Below, in pieces: positions 51,703 to 63,661 of a stretch of 64,000 bases of DNA. A model generated the notes under the pieces. That model was not told where the DNA came from, ran no database searches, and saw only the letters and a list, made by a program, of their open reading frames with translations. The DNA is from Spizellomyces punctatus DAOM BR117 (Eukaryota): the NCBI GenBank assembly GCA_000182565.2, contig KQ257450.1; one strand, given 5' to 3'. The translations under genes were made by a program, and so were the position numbers. Each line of letters opens with the position of its first letter. The stretch's first letter is position 1.

Positions 51703-51792
51703 GTTTTTCCGAACCGGTTGTCGCCGGTTTATTCCCTGGTGCGGGTGCTAGTGCCAATACCCATTGGCTCCGCACTATTTTGAGTTACCCTT
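51703..51792 (+). ncRNA. Predicted Fanzor omegaRNA: ~75-nt scaffold (51703-51777) plus ~15-nt flank-derived guide
   Basis: Follows the ORF and overlaps the right TIR; hairpins aaccgg/ccggtt (51712-51729) and tggtgcgg..gctagtg/cattggc.ccgcacta; layout matches the SpuFz1 omegaRNA as I recall it. Confidence 0.8.
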
Positions 51793-51918
51793 TTGGATTC
51801 ACCGTACTTCATATGCTTTGGAGGCCAACTTTGGTGTCACGTGAATATACAAGCTCCGTATGTTGTTTGTTGCGACAATTTGGTAGATTCATAACTCATC
51901 GTTAGATCGACACCAATA

Positions 51919-52623
51919 ATGGAACCTATAAACAGCGTGGAGTCAGTAGACGATCCCTACCTGTTATACCCCGAACTTGCCATCGCCACACCTCCAACCT
52001 CACGCATTAGACGGCTTGTCGCTTACGACTGGGCAAACGGCTTTGTTAGCCCATTCAGAGAAACCCCAACCGACGTATGCACGTCATTGGCAGAATACCT
52101 CCGCCTTCACTCTCTAGTTTCTGCTAGAGATAGCTTGTTGGACTTGGGATGCGGGAATGGAGCTTTGCTTTTTGGTGTGGTGAAAGCTCTTGGCCCTGTG
52201 GCGACCTCTTGTTCCCTGGTGGGTCTGGATCTCGACCTAACGTTGGTTGAGGAAGCTGCCAAAACAGCGACAGGGGATGCGATTATACGCAATCAACGAG
52301 TTCAGTTGTTTGTGGGAGATATTGTGAGCCGCAATCCTGTTTCTCAGGTGCATCCACGTTTGAGATCAAACATCGATGGCATCTCCATGGTGTCGACAAC
52401 AACCACTGTTGATACCCTCCTAGATGATGCTTCAGTAATACTGCTATATCTATTACCAGAAGCAATAGGAAAGCTTTTGCCGAGTCTTCGTCATCAAATC
52501 CATCTTGGCAAGTTGGTTGTAAGCATTAAATGGCCATTAACATCTCCGGATTTGGATCTCTCCGAGTTCCTCTGCACACATCAGGATGGATATCTGGTTT
52601 ACAGACGTAGCATTAAGGCTTAA
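51919..52623 (+). CDS. Class I SAM-dependent methyltransferase (FAM173-like), intronless
   Basis: SPFRETP, LLDLGCGNG (motif I), VGLDLD, VILLYLLP, VVSIKWPL. Confidence 0.75.
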   Translation: MEPINSVESVDDPYLLYPELAIATPPTSRIRRLVAYDWANGFVSPFRETPTDVCTSLAEYLRLHSLVSARDSLLDLGCGNGALLFGVVKALGPVATSCSLVGLDLDLTLVEEAAKTATGDAIIRNQRVQLFVGDIVSRNPVSQVHPRLRSNIDGISMVSTTTTVDTLLDDASVILLYLLPEAIGKLLPSLRHQIHLGKLVVSIKWPLTSPDLDLSEFLCTHQDGYLVYRRSIKA

Positions 52624-52680
52624 GCATTTACATCGCGTATGTACATCACAAGCAATCCAACACACGCATTCTCCGGGGTC

Positions 52681-54591
52681 TCAATGCAGACGGTTCTCGA
52701 CATTCACCCCACACTCTGCATACTCCTGCTTCGAGATCCACAGTTGATGGAAGGTCCCTAACGAAGCAAGAATGGAGCCGCCAATCCACGGACTGAAGCG
52801 CCGTTCTGATGTTTGTCCAGCAGCCTGGATTTTCGTTTTAAACTATGTGGTGCAACAGTGATTAGTTTCGTCCGTTTGCTTATAGCAAAAAGAAAGGCCA
52901 ACCTACCCCTGGTGCCGATGATAGGAGTTCGTAATGTACGCGATCTGCAAACCCGGGGAGGAGCGTATTTGCACCCGTCAGCACTACATTAGGATATAGC
53001 TGTGTTCGGAGATCTGGGTCGCAAGAATTTATGCTATTTTGAATTAGCTGGGTAACGCTCAACGGTTGCGGGATGGCTGTATCTGAGGGTTGTTTGGGGT
53101 CCTAGTAACAAATGGCAATACCACGTTAGACAGCTAGATATACTGGTTACGAAAAAATGCTTTGCAACTGACCTGCAACATGAACTTCGGAGTAAAAAGA
53201 GATTCTGTAATTTTGAAACGTTCTATTCCGAAAGAATTATTGTAGCCATCAGGGAATTCAAAGTTCTTCACCGGTCTCTGCGATAACGTCCTAAGAAGTA
53301 TGAGTCAGATAACGTTTTTGGTACAGACAGATCAAACCCACAACATACTTTTCATCAAATTGGAACTCTGACACATGACAAACAGTCTCCTTAAACTCGT
53401 CAATCGCTCGCTAAAAGGTGGATGAATAAAATCGTCCAGAATGACGATCAGCGACACGTAGGCAAGCATACCTCAACAGCCAGATTATGGTAACTCGGTG
53501 CCGTATTTGGCCTGTCTCGTAGGTCATACCGCGCGGGTTGTCCTGCATCCACCGCAGACTTCTTTGAGACAAGATATTGAGGAGTTACAGTTATGCCCAT
53601 TTCTTTGAGGTATAGCTGTGCTTGATTTGAAATGAAATTTCCGGCAAAAGGCTGTTTCTGGATTGCTACATTTACCCCCCATCGGTTAGCCTGTGGTTGC
53701 GCACCCAACTCTCGGTATTCGTCTCACCTTTTTTTAGCACAAATCCATCAACCACTGGTACAGCACTCGTCATAGAGCCCCCAGAGTCTAACACAAGCGC
53801 AGTGGAGCGACCAGCTGCGAATCTGTAATTAAATCAGCTTCGCTGCAGAGAGCACGAAAATGCGAAGACCATCTTCACCTACGCCGAAAGGACAGCACTC
53901 CGTGCAAGATAGAAGCATGGAACGTCATACTTCTCAAATGCTAACTCAATTAGCTTTTCGCGTGATTCTCTAGGATTCCATGACGGCTCGCTCAAGAGAA
54001 GGGGATGTTCGCTGGATTCAACTCGCAGACGTGAAAACGCATGATCCCAAAGCGTCTCATATACGTCCCAATCCTCCACTATGCACATTAATAAGTTGCG
54101 TTCAGAATTTGTGCCAAGAAGTAGAATTTAAAGGCTGGACTCTGAAGTACCGACCTACACCCTCTTTAAGCGGATTCTTGAGTTCCATGTTTTCCCTCCA
54201 GCAATAGATCTCGGTTTCCCCAACGTATCGCTTCGGCTTCCTTCGCTTAGATACAGTCTTTCGGGTCTCCCCGTTTGCATCGGTCATTTCCACATCTCCA
54301 TTTTCCCCTATAAGTCCACCGCTATCTTCCCCTGCTGGCTCATCTACATCCATGGCTTCTACTCCACCATCACCAGGAATTCCGACCCAAGAGGGGTAGA
54401 CAGCCTTTGGAGTATCTTCGCCTGCATACCCAACTTTACTTGTTGACGAGCCAATATCAAATACGAGGGCTGAGACTTCGTCTAATTGACATCACGCGCG
54501 CCAGAGGGCAACTGTTTAACGAAGTGCGCGCTTTCGCGTTTTCTCAACAACGTAAAACATACTGACCTCCACCATATGTTGCCGTTGTCAT
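52681..54591 (-). CDS. ARP4: Actin-related protein 4 (NuA4/SWR1/INO80 subunit); multi-exon
   Basis: [74 protein letters not shown]. Confidence 0.92.
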
Positions 54592-54775
54592 TTTCGCTCT
54601 AAGAACAAAACGTTGGCGAAGTCGAAGCGTGAAAGGCAGTCCCACGGACAGACCAAATGGCGGACCAAATGGATGGAGGACCTGGGACGTTGGACATTGT
54701 TGCCATAGGAATCTCACGTGTTAACCGCGATAGACCCCACGAGAAAGCGTTGACAGTTAACATCATGATAATCAA

Positions 54776-55667
54776 ATGGTGCGCCTAGTTGTCACCGAAA
54801 AAATACGATCGGCCATTGAGCTGGCCTTGTTGGAAGAAGCACTGGATACTTCGCTTGCAGAGAAGCTGAAGCCCTATTCTCAGAGATCGCGTAGTGAAAA
54901 CCGGCCAGATGCGGAAGATCCTGATACAATATCCCACGAGTTGCTTAACGAAGTCTCAAAAGCTCTGCTACACCAGAGAGCGGACGATGGTGCGCTAGTT
55001 CTCGTTAAGATACTTCCTCGATGGGCAAGCGGTGCTGATATTTGCTGATAGATAGACAGGACTTCTACTTTCACGAATTGGTAAAGGGAAGTGAAGTCTA
55101 CATGGACAAACCTAAGCCGAGGGTCAAGGTATGAGATGCGTGGATTTATCCTCTTTCAGTTTGCGGATATCAGATCTCTCATGAGTATTACTCGACAGAG
55201 TCCCGAGCTTATTCAGCTACTGGACGCCATTCGCGCAGATCTTGCCAACAAGGAGTATGCCGAGATGGTTCGCGGTGTGTCCTTAAACCGAGAAGTTCAA
55301 CCTTTAGTGCCTATTGGCGGCGAGCTTCGGAATGCTTTCCGGCAGATTTCTTCCGTAATCAATGTGCTATTCTCCATAGCGGCTACCTTTGCAGCCGTCT
55401 TCTGGGTGTCAGGAACCGTTACTAGAGACGTTGGCATGGTACGGCACTAAATTCATATATCACAAACGTTTTTCATGCCCTAATGTCATTCTTTTGCTAC
55501 AGAGAACGCTCATTGGTCTTTTCGGGGCACTGCTTGTGGCGATAGCCGAGGGATGGTTCTTTGCACGGGATTGGCTGTTTGACGAACCGCCCAATCCATC
55601 CGCCAAGCAGACCCGGCAGCTGAATCTGCCCATTCAGCTGAAAGAGCCCTCGTACCCCAATAGCTGA
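54776..55667 (+). CDS. VMA12: ER V-ATPase assembly factor Vma12/TMEM199; multi-exon
   Basis: ELVKGSEVY, SPEL...LANKEYAEMV, two C-terminal TMs VINVLFSIAATFAAVFW and LIGLFGALLVAIAE. Confidence 0.82.
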
Positions 55668-55806
55668 TAGGGACGCAGCCACTATTTGTATATATTCGAA
55701 GTTTGTCGCGCTCAAATGTCAGATTTAGCGACGAATGTGACTAGAGTGCAATTGAATACCTTTTAAATACAAATGTACATACAAATATCGATAATCTTCT
55801 GGAAGA

Positions 55807-56920
55807 TCATGACGGCAAGGGCACAGCCAAAGCGACTAAGGTTTGCCCATCATCTGCTTTTACCGGACCAGCAGAAAATTGTGGCATATATACGCGCCTA
55901 AAGCGTCCTGTGCGGTTGGGCGTACTACAGTGACGCACATATCCTGACATGAACAGGATCGAGCCTGCTCGCATATTGATTGTGATAGCAGACGGGTTAG
56001 AGTGCGCCAGATATCGCGCTGCTTTCCCAGTATGCAGATAATTGTACGTTTGAAGGTCGTCCTCTTTCTGCTTGGCTGTATCGGAAGGCGGTACGACTGG
56101 GCAGTACGGCTCGACTTTCACGGTGCCATTATGCTAGTGAATGTCCTACATGAGACTTTTTCTCCTTCAAATATCCATTCAACTCACCTCCGAAACGTCA
56201 TCTAACGCAATCCAGCATGCGATGGTTGGAACCGACCGACTTACATCTGACATAAACTGGGAATCCTGATATATTGAGGTGCCGAGCCAATGAGCCAGAA
56301 ATGACATTTGTTTGAATATGAAGTTTTCCAACCTGATGCCATTGGAAGGCTGACTGAGGTCCAGCATGCGGAGGTTTAATAATGTACTGCTCATTAAACT
56401 GAGGGGTGACGAACATGTAGGATTAGTCATTGGACGAGGTGAAAGGTACTGTTTGCTGGGCACCTGCCAAGCACAAGTCTTGGGTGGGAGGTAGCAACAA
56501 CCGTGCATACGGTGCCACCGAGCTTGAGATGATCGAAGCAGCAGGTCCGGAAGCTTCGGTTACCAGACTCCGTCTGCGCTGATATACGTCGTACATCGTC
56601 CGTGCAGCGTGCTCCAGATTATGTACCGGTTCCACCTTAAGGGATTCCGATATCAGAGTGACTCCTGCGGCCTAATATCATTAGTCGCGCACATACAATG
56701 CATCCTAGATCCTCAACAACATCTTCCTCGAGATCATTAAAAAGGGCGTCACATTCTTTTTGAAGAGCTTTCAGATGGTTGCTTGAAAGCGCTGAGGATG
56801 GGTGGTTGGTGGAGAAGGTTGGGTGTTCCTATCATCATCTCCACTGGACCTACCATCCAATACTATTAGGTATCCTGATTCATGAAAACGGGTTATTTCA
56901 GCTTCAGTCAAGAGAGCCAT
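55807..56920 (-). CDS. Phytanoyl-CoA dioxygenase (PhyH)-family Fe/2OG oxygenase; multi-exon
   Basis: LTEAEITRFHESGYLIV, NEQYIIKPP, WHQD (HxD), CWIALDD, GSILFMSGYVRHCSTPN. Confidence 0.85.
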
Positions 56921-57121
56921 GAGGGTGTCAGTGACATTATCGAAAATTCCATTTGCTTGCTTCCTGCATCGTTGGCGAAAGGTCCGCGCTTGTGGCCGAG
57001 GTGGCGCATGTGGCACAACGATCTTACCCAACCACCTTAAGTTCAAGTGTTGCTGGCCTGTGTTCAGCGTTTCCGACCATCCTTCAGTCCATTTGCTGTC
57101 CGTAGAAAGAGAAGTCAAGAC

Positions 57122-58657
57122 ATGATTAAAGGGTTTGGAAGCTTAACTGGAGCAGCTCAACGTGTTGTGTCTGCTTCGTTGGTCAAACCGTGTTTGACCA
57201 ACTCCTTTCGGCGTATGTTGAGCACGTCAGTACAAGAGTGCTTTATAGAGCGTTTAGATGGAAAGGATACAGGTTGGTCTCGCTTTCCCGTAATAGTGTT
57301 TATTTTGATTGTTCAAATATTATCTTCTTGATTTGAGGCATTTCTGTGCTGAATTTTAACCGTCCCGCCGCGAAAAACGCATTGGGCCGTGTGTTTATGA
57401 AGCAGTTTCAGGATGCTCTCGATGAGATGCGCTTTGATGAGTAAGTATCATTCAAAGGAAATATTATGGATGGTCATTTAACGGCCCCAAATACGTCCTG
57501 GATATAGCCAAGTTCGGGTTGTGATAGTCCGAAGCTTGGTCAACAAGGTGTTTTGTGCCGGTGCGGACTTGAAAGTACGGTGATAGTAACTTAAGCTGTT
57601 GTTGAGGCCCTCCTCCGTATTTACTTCTTTCTGAACGTCGCAGGAGCGGGCTACCATGACACCTCCTGAGGTTGCAGGATTTGTGTACGGACTGAGAACT
57701 GCGTTTGGAAATCTTGAGGTGAAATGACATGTTCCCGCTAGTTTTTGAATTTGGCTGAGGCTTGGCATTGAATGCAAACTAGTCATTACCTGTCCCTACC
57801 ATTGCAGCGATTGACGGAGCTGCTCTCGGTGGTGGGCTGGAGGTTGCTCTATCTACGGACATTCGGGTTGCAGGTATCAATCAGTGCGAACCTCCCGGTG
57901 ACTGCTACACCATAGCTCATATTTTTCTTTCAATCCAGGGGCTGGAGCCAAATTGGGGCTACCTGAAACAAGGCTTGCGATTATTCCAGGGTTGGTTCGT
58001 TTTATCCTGTGATTCGCTTTCTCGCTGATGGTGACAGGCTCAACTGGTGTTGCAGAGCTGGGGGCACTCAGCGGCTTCCCAGACTTATCGGCATCCCAAA
58101 GGCGAAGGAATTGATATTCACAGCTCGGACGCTGAACTCGGAAGAAGCGGAGAAAATTGGTAGGGAGACGTCCTCAGAAGTCAACTCAGAATGATTTGTC
58201 TTCTCACACGGTCTTTGCAGGGCTGGTAAACCATGCTACCGCCGGATCGGCGTACAACAAGGCTTTGGAGCTCGCTCGTCAGATCCTTGACAAAGGTGAG
58301 TTCGCAAGTGGTTCCCTTCGATGTCCTCAGCTGATGGCAACATAAACTGCTACACCTCGCGAAATAAATAAAGGTCCGGTGGCTATCAAAATGGCGAAGC
58401 TCGCGATTGACAAGGGTTCTCAAGTGGATATGTAAGGCTTGATCAAAAATTTCTTGGTGAATCACTCTAACGATCATACAAGATCCTCCGGCCTAGCATT
58501 TGAGCAGACCTGTTATGCGCAAGTTATTCCCACAGAAGATCGTCTTGAAGGTACTATTCACCTGCAATGTTACATAGTTTACGTTGTAGCTGATCGTCCC
58601 CGTCCAGGACTGGCTGCGTTCAGAGAAAAGCGGGATCCTATCTACAAAGGTCGATGA
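57122..58657 (+). CDS. AUH: Methylglutaconyl-CoA hydratase (AUH-like crotonase), mitochondrial; multi-exon
   Basis: [78 protein letters not shown]. Confidence 0.88.
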
Positions 58658-59290
58658 ATCTGGGCGCCAAGGCACGGCAAGCGAGCAAGTCCACTATTCT
58701 AGAATCTCAATGGCTCTTATCGAATCCGAGAAGTGCATGATCGCTGATCGAAAGCGCTCAGAGTTGTAATATCCCAACCCATTGATCGGTCTTCACTTCA
58801 AACCACTCATTTCCGGGCCGATCATAACGATACTGGTCATGAGAGGCAATCTTTATATTGGCTACTGTTGCCGTAAAGCCCCCAAAATGGAACGTGAAAA
58901 CTTTACATCCCTGAGCACTCTGAGTGCTGCACAAGGTTACTGACACCACAACCAGTTGATAAAGTATTGCGACAGTTTCCAAAATTGCCCACATCACGAA
59001 ACTCTATTAATATCAACAGCGAAACTCGTCCTAGTGTGGGGAAACCAGGTATGTCCTATGGACAATTTTCATTTCTATATATGCATGACGGGACGAAGCC
59101 GATAATCGTCGATTTCAGTCATGTACGTGGTGCGGCCACTGATAGTCACTGCAAGAGATTCCACAACCAAGATTAATCAAGACCAGGGTCGTCTCTGCCA
59201 ACCAATATGTAGTCGCAACTTGCAATCTGTTCTTCTGGCAATTAAACGCCAAGAACACGTTGCGGTACGAACCCTTTCCAGTGAAATAGC

Positions 59291-59603
59291 TCATTTCTTT
59301 CCGGCTGCTTCTGCTGCCATTTTTGCTGCTTTTGCTGCTTGCTTTTCTTGAAGCATTTTCTTGTCGCTACCAAGTAAACGGTCAGGAATAAGAAATGAAA
59401 GAAAAGTAAAGTTAGAAAGCTTACTGTTCTTTCCGCTGGGCATGCGTCATATCATCCTTTCGCACACCCTTCCCTGAATCCCCAGCCTTCTTTGCCGCCT
59501 TTGCGCGGGCAAGTTCTCGTTGGTTGCCACCTTTGTAAAGAACGGTCAGTGCACCAGTGCAGCATTCCGAGGTAGTTCCCAAGAAGAGAGACTCACGAGC
59601 CAT
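59291..59603 (-). CDS. Small EDRK-rich factor (SERF/4F5) protein; 3 exons
   Basis: Spliced MAR/GNQRELARAKAAKK...HAQRKE/DKKMLQEKQAAK. Confidence 0.85.
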
Positions 59604-59841
59604 TCCACAGTAGTGAGGATGAGAAAACCTATGGCGAGGGTCGGGAAGCTTGGAGGAAACGCCGGGGACTGGCCGCGATGTACAAAAATGCTGAGATCGT
59701 CCGGTAATGGTTGGAGCAAATCTCACAGAAACGCCTAGAAACCCTAAATTTGCTTACCTAAGCAAATGCTCACAATGGTTACTTCCCACGCTCCCATGCA
59801 AGTCTGGGATCGCATCTACTTTCCCACGTTTTGCAACTATC

Positions 59842-60567
59842 ATGCCGAGGTCGACTAAATCTACAGTACTCTTGGGGCATCAGCGCAAAAAGCCATGTCG
59901 CTCTCCGTCAAGCATATCGCGCTTGCCACAAGCCGATAAGAAAGGAACAGTGCCAACCAGGAAGACTGGGCATATAAGCACAGTGAGAGCTGGGAGCCGC
60001 TCTGGTACATCTATAGGTGTGACTACCCCAGCAGATTATCGGACATTGGGTAGGACGACAGATGAAGAGGTAACGCGTTTAAATCTTGGGCTCATAGCGA
60101 CGAAGTAGTGAAATCCTTTGGCGAACAGAAGAATTCTATCGCCAACATCTATGACGAAGAGTGCCGGAATGTTCAGCCTGATGCTCTCTCCCAGTCGCCA
60201 ACTCGGAAGACGAGTTCATCAAGTATATGACAATTGTAAAATTGACCATCCGTGTTCCTTTACCCTAAACTTCATTATGTGCCCGATATAACATTACAGA
60301 CGGTTTGTTACCCGATTCGACGACTCTTTTGGAATGCTTCGACATGGACATCACTTATGGGCCAGCAAGTATCTCGTGTATGTACTGCCGCTTTTTACCC
60401 GCGGCTGAAGACTTACATGTATCCAGTGCGTTGGCATTTCGCGATTGGACCGGTGGCGTCGTGCAGAGAAATTCGGTTTGATGCCTCCAAGATTGATTTT
60501 CGAAATTCTGACGATGCATCATCATGATGTTGTATCAATGACATCCTTGTTCGAGAAACGAGTGTGA
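59842..60567 (+). CDS. POLD4: DNA polymerase delta subunit 4 (p12/Cdm1)-like; multi-exon, including a GC-AG intron
   Basis: Spliced LECFDMDITYGP/CVGISRLDRWRRAEKFGLMPP matches the p12 motif FD...YGPC.G..RL.RW.RA...GL.PP; start is approximate. Confidence 0.8.
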
Positions 60568-60798
60568 AACGTTCATATAGGATGGTCCAAATCGGACCAG
60601 GCAGAGTTTTCGGAACGCGAACGTGGTGTTACTATTACTAGGTCGTTAGATGCGGTTACCTATAAGTTACATGTTGCATAGAGAAACTTCCATATCTGAG
60701 TCGCCTATTCCATTAGGCAGTAAATTGCAATACCCTATTGTTCTAGTCTGTATACAAAGAGATCATAGTCTATTTACACGTATCAACAGCCAATTCTG

Positions 60799-62712
60799 TC
60801 AAATCTCACTGCCATTCCATTTAACAAATCGCGCGTCGATGACCTCCAGGTCCAATTGTAGGAAGCCACCTTTCAGGGCCGGAGCGGCCTCACCACCTTC
60901 TTCTCCCACTTCCGAAGACAACGTTGTGATCAATGAGAATCTCGGGGCACTTTCTTCCTCGCCCGAGCTAGTGTGGCGTTCCGTGACAGGAGATTCGACA
61001 GGTTTTCGGTACGGTAGCAAGTGCATCAAGTCACTAACATTTATAAAAGGGACGGCGTGTCCGTCCTTACCGTCAGCACCATACTCTACTCCATGATCAG
61101 CAGGAACGTGCAGGAATTGCTGGGTGCTGCTTTCATCGTCCAGGTACGCACTACTTTCCATCAATAACCTTTTGCCAACTGCGCGCCCCAACGTATGTTT
61201 TCTTCTCGACACTTTGGTGGCAGCAACTTCTTCACGGAACAACGCGTGCAACTTCGCGAGCTCACTGCGTGACAGTTTGGAAAGACCCAGCTCTGCAGAC
61301 AGCATCCCCAAGAGATCAGCAAATCGGTGATTTAACGGGAGAGAGACGGAGGTTTCAACACGCGGTGCGACAGGGATGTGAGATAGTGGGACAAGGCCAG
61401 ATTCGCTTCGAACAATAGCGGCCGGAGCCGAAGGTGGAAGGTACAAAACACTCGGAGCCGCATCTATGAGATGTATCCCTTTACTGCTACTCGGCACGCT
61501 GGCAACATCGGAGAAAACCTTCCCGGTGATATGCCCTCCGAAATGCGCAGAGGGGGAGAGGAAACCGGGTATGAGGATTAAAGCAAACGAGAAAAAAAAT
61601 GCCTAGGAGATGGAGTATGAGGTTTGAAATTTGTGTTATACTGGATCAAAAGCTCGGTTAAAGCTTACCATAAAAACAGCTCCAATAGCCTTCCTGCCAC
61701 CATCCTCAAACGGCCCTATCGATTCTAGTATGCGACGTGACAATACTCCTCCTTCGAAATCAGAGCATCGTGCGCACAGATTTGATAATTTTCCTCTCAG
61801 GTTCATGTTCTCTTCTGTCAACGCCTTATTTCGCATTCCCAAATCGGCGATTTTTGCCTTCAGTTCAGCATTTTCATTGGAAAGCTTCTCCGCATAGGTT
61901 TCCAGCATCTGTTGCTGCTCTCGTTTTCGCTTCCGCGATTCCAGCGCAGCCGCTCTGTTCTTTATCAACCGCTGCGTACGCTTATCTGCTGGGGTCAGAT
62001 GATGATTGAGATCAGGAAACGCGGTGGCGGGTGGGGACGGTTGGTGGAACGCTGTCGTGGCCGGACCATTTTGATGGTTATTTCCAGGTTTTGGCACCGG
62101 CAATTTCGGTAGTATCAATGGCCCCACGGCTATCGGCTTTGCTTCTACTTCATCCGTTTTGATGTAAACTAGTGGCTGGCTTTCATGTTCTTCTTTCTCC
62201 ACCTTCTGTTCGCCAGACACAGAACAGTTTACAAACTTCCAAGATACTGAGTTATCAGAGCCGGTCACAGCGGGTATGGGTATATCGACGAGGCTGTCAG
62301 GGGACTTCAGACATGGAGTAAATTCTTGCAGCAACGGTGGTGGTGGAGATAACAGGTTTGCTAGTTGGGCCTGTGGATGAGAACCAGTTGGTATAAGCAA
62401 ACCATAACGCAAAGGTAACTCCGCTAAGCCCAACTCCACCTCATCAAAGTCTAGTCTCCAGTTGGGGGTAGGTGAGGCCACAGAAGATGCAGACGAAGGC
62501 GACGACGGTGTGAAGCCGCATATCTCGCTCCTTGGACTTTTCGGGGATGTCAGGCAAGCAGCGGACAGATATTTAACTGTATTGTCGGCACAATGTTCTT
62601 TCTGATCGCTGCCTAAATTCTGAGGTTCCTGTCCTTCCAAGACATCTTCGTTTAAGAAAGATCGAAAGAGCTCGTCGTCCGCAGCAGGGCAGAAAGTAAG
62701 CTCCGCTTCCAT
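60799..62712 (-). CDS. Membrane-tethered bZIP transcription factor (ATF6/CREB3-like topology); 2 exons
   Basis: KRTQRLIKNRAAALESRKRKRE plus leucine zipper; hydrophobic AIGAVFM/AFFFSFALILIPGFL across the intron; long C-terminal domain. Confidence 0.78.
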
Positions 62713-63005
62713 GTTACGAGAAGAGATATTGCAGCAGTATTAAGCGCAAAGGAACGATAAGGATGTGACGCTATCAGAGAATGTCAATGTTCAAATATTA
62801 TGGTTAGATCTTTCATGAACCTTCCTCAACGACTGTCCTTCACACTTGAACAGATCCCCAAACAGCAGCGCCAAACAGTCTCAGCCTGTCCACGTGACGG
62901 CACCCTGTTCTGTGTGTCACGAGCGTCCCAGCGCCATTTCATTATACATTCGCACTGTATGGAATATAAGATACATTATATTATAATAAAATAGATCTGG
63001 TAGCA

Positions 63006-63567
63006 TCAATCGTCCTCCGCCTCCTCTTCTTGTCGTCGTTTAGCTATGTCCGCAAAATGCGTGGGATACTGTGTACCGACTTTGGTTCGAAGGGCTCTAA
63101 TCGGCACTTACTTCAGATTGCTAGAGCAGCGTTATCCTTAAGCATAAGTCGCTGTACCTTATTCTCTTGAAAATAATGTCCAAGTCCCCTTTCATGTCTC
63201 GGAGTAGTCGTGTGTGGTTTTCCAGATTCTTAGCACATTGAGCATAGCGTACGGCAGAGAAGTCGTTAAACTTCGTAAGACTGTGATTGGTGCTTTGCAA
63301 GGTTTGCAACCTTTGAGGGGATAAGAATGTGAGAGAACTATCAGCGCGCACTTCGTATTAGAAACACACGCCGTACGTTTCTCCCTGACATTCCAAGATC
63401 TTCGACATGGTTGCGTCGTCCACCATGTCGCAAAGCATGCTGGTCAACTTTTTCGGTCCAGAAGGAGCAGAGTTCTCCAGGATGCTGCTCGAGCTTGACC
63501 CCGATCGGGTCATGCATGTGTCCAGCCGAGGCGGATTTGCAGTTGTTTGTTCAAGTGGCGAGTCCAT
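63006..63567 (-). CDS. KXD1: KxDL-motif protein (BORC/BLOC-1 subunit KXD1); multi-exon
   Basis: TNHSLTKFNDFSAVRY...HTRLLRDMKGDLDIIFKRIR/ALRTKV...YP. Confidence 0.82.
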
Positions 63568-63661
63568 TCTGAAGACCTAACGTTGATTATCCCAGCACGA
63601 TTCGATCGTGGCTGCGCGTCTTTCCTGACACTGGCTGACGCAGCAAAAAGTAGTTTCAGCA

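Larger units (their letters stand above)
49640..51775 (+). mobile_element. Non-autonomous TIR DNA transposon carrying Fanzor1 (28-bp TIRs, TA target-site duplication)
   Basis: Left TIR 49640-49667 gtgcggagccgatgggtattggcactag; right TIR 51748-51775 ctagtgccaatacccattggctccgcac (27/28 match); TA at 49638-49639 and 51776-51777. Confidence 0.93.
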
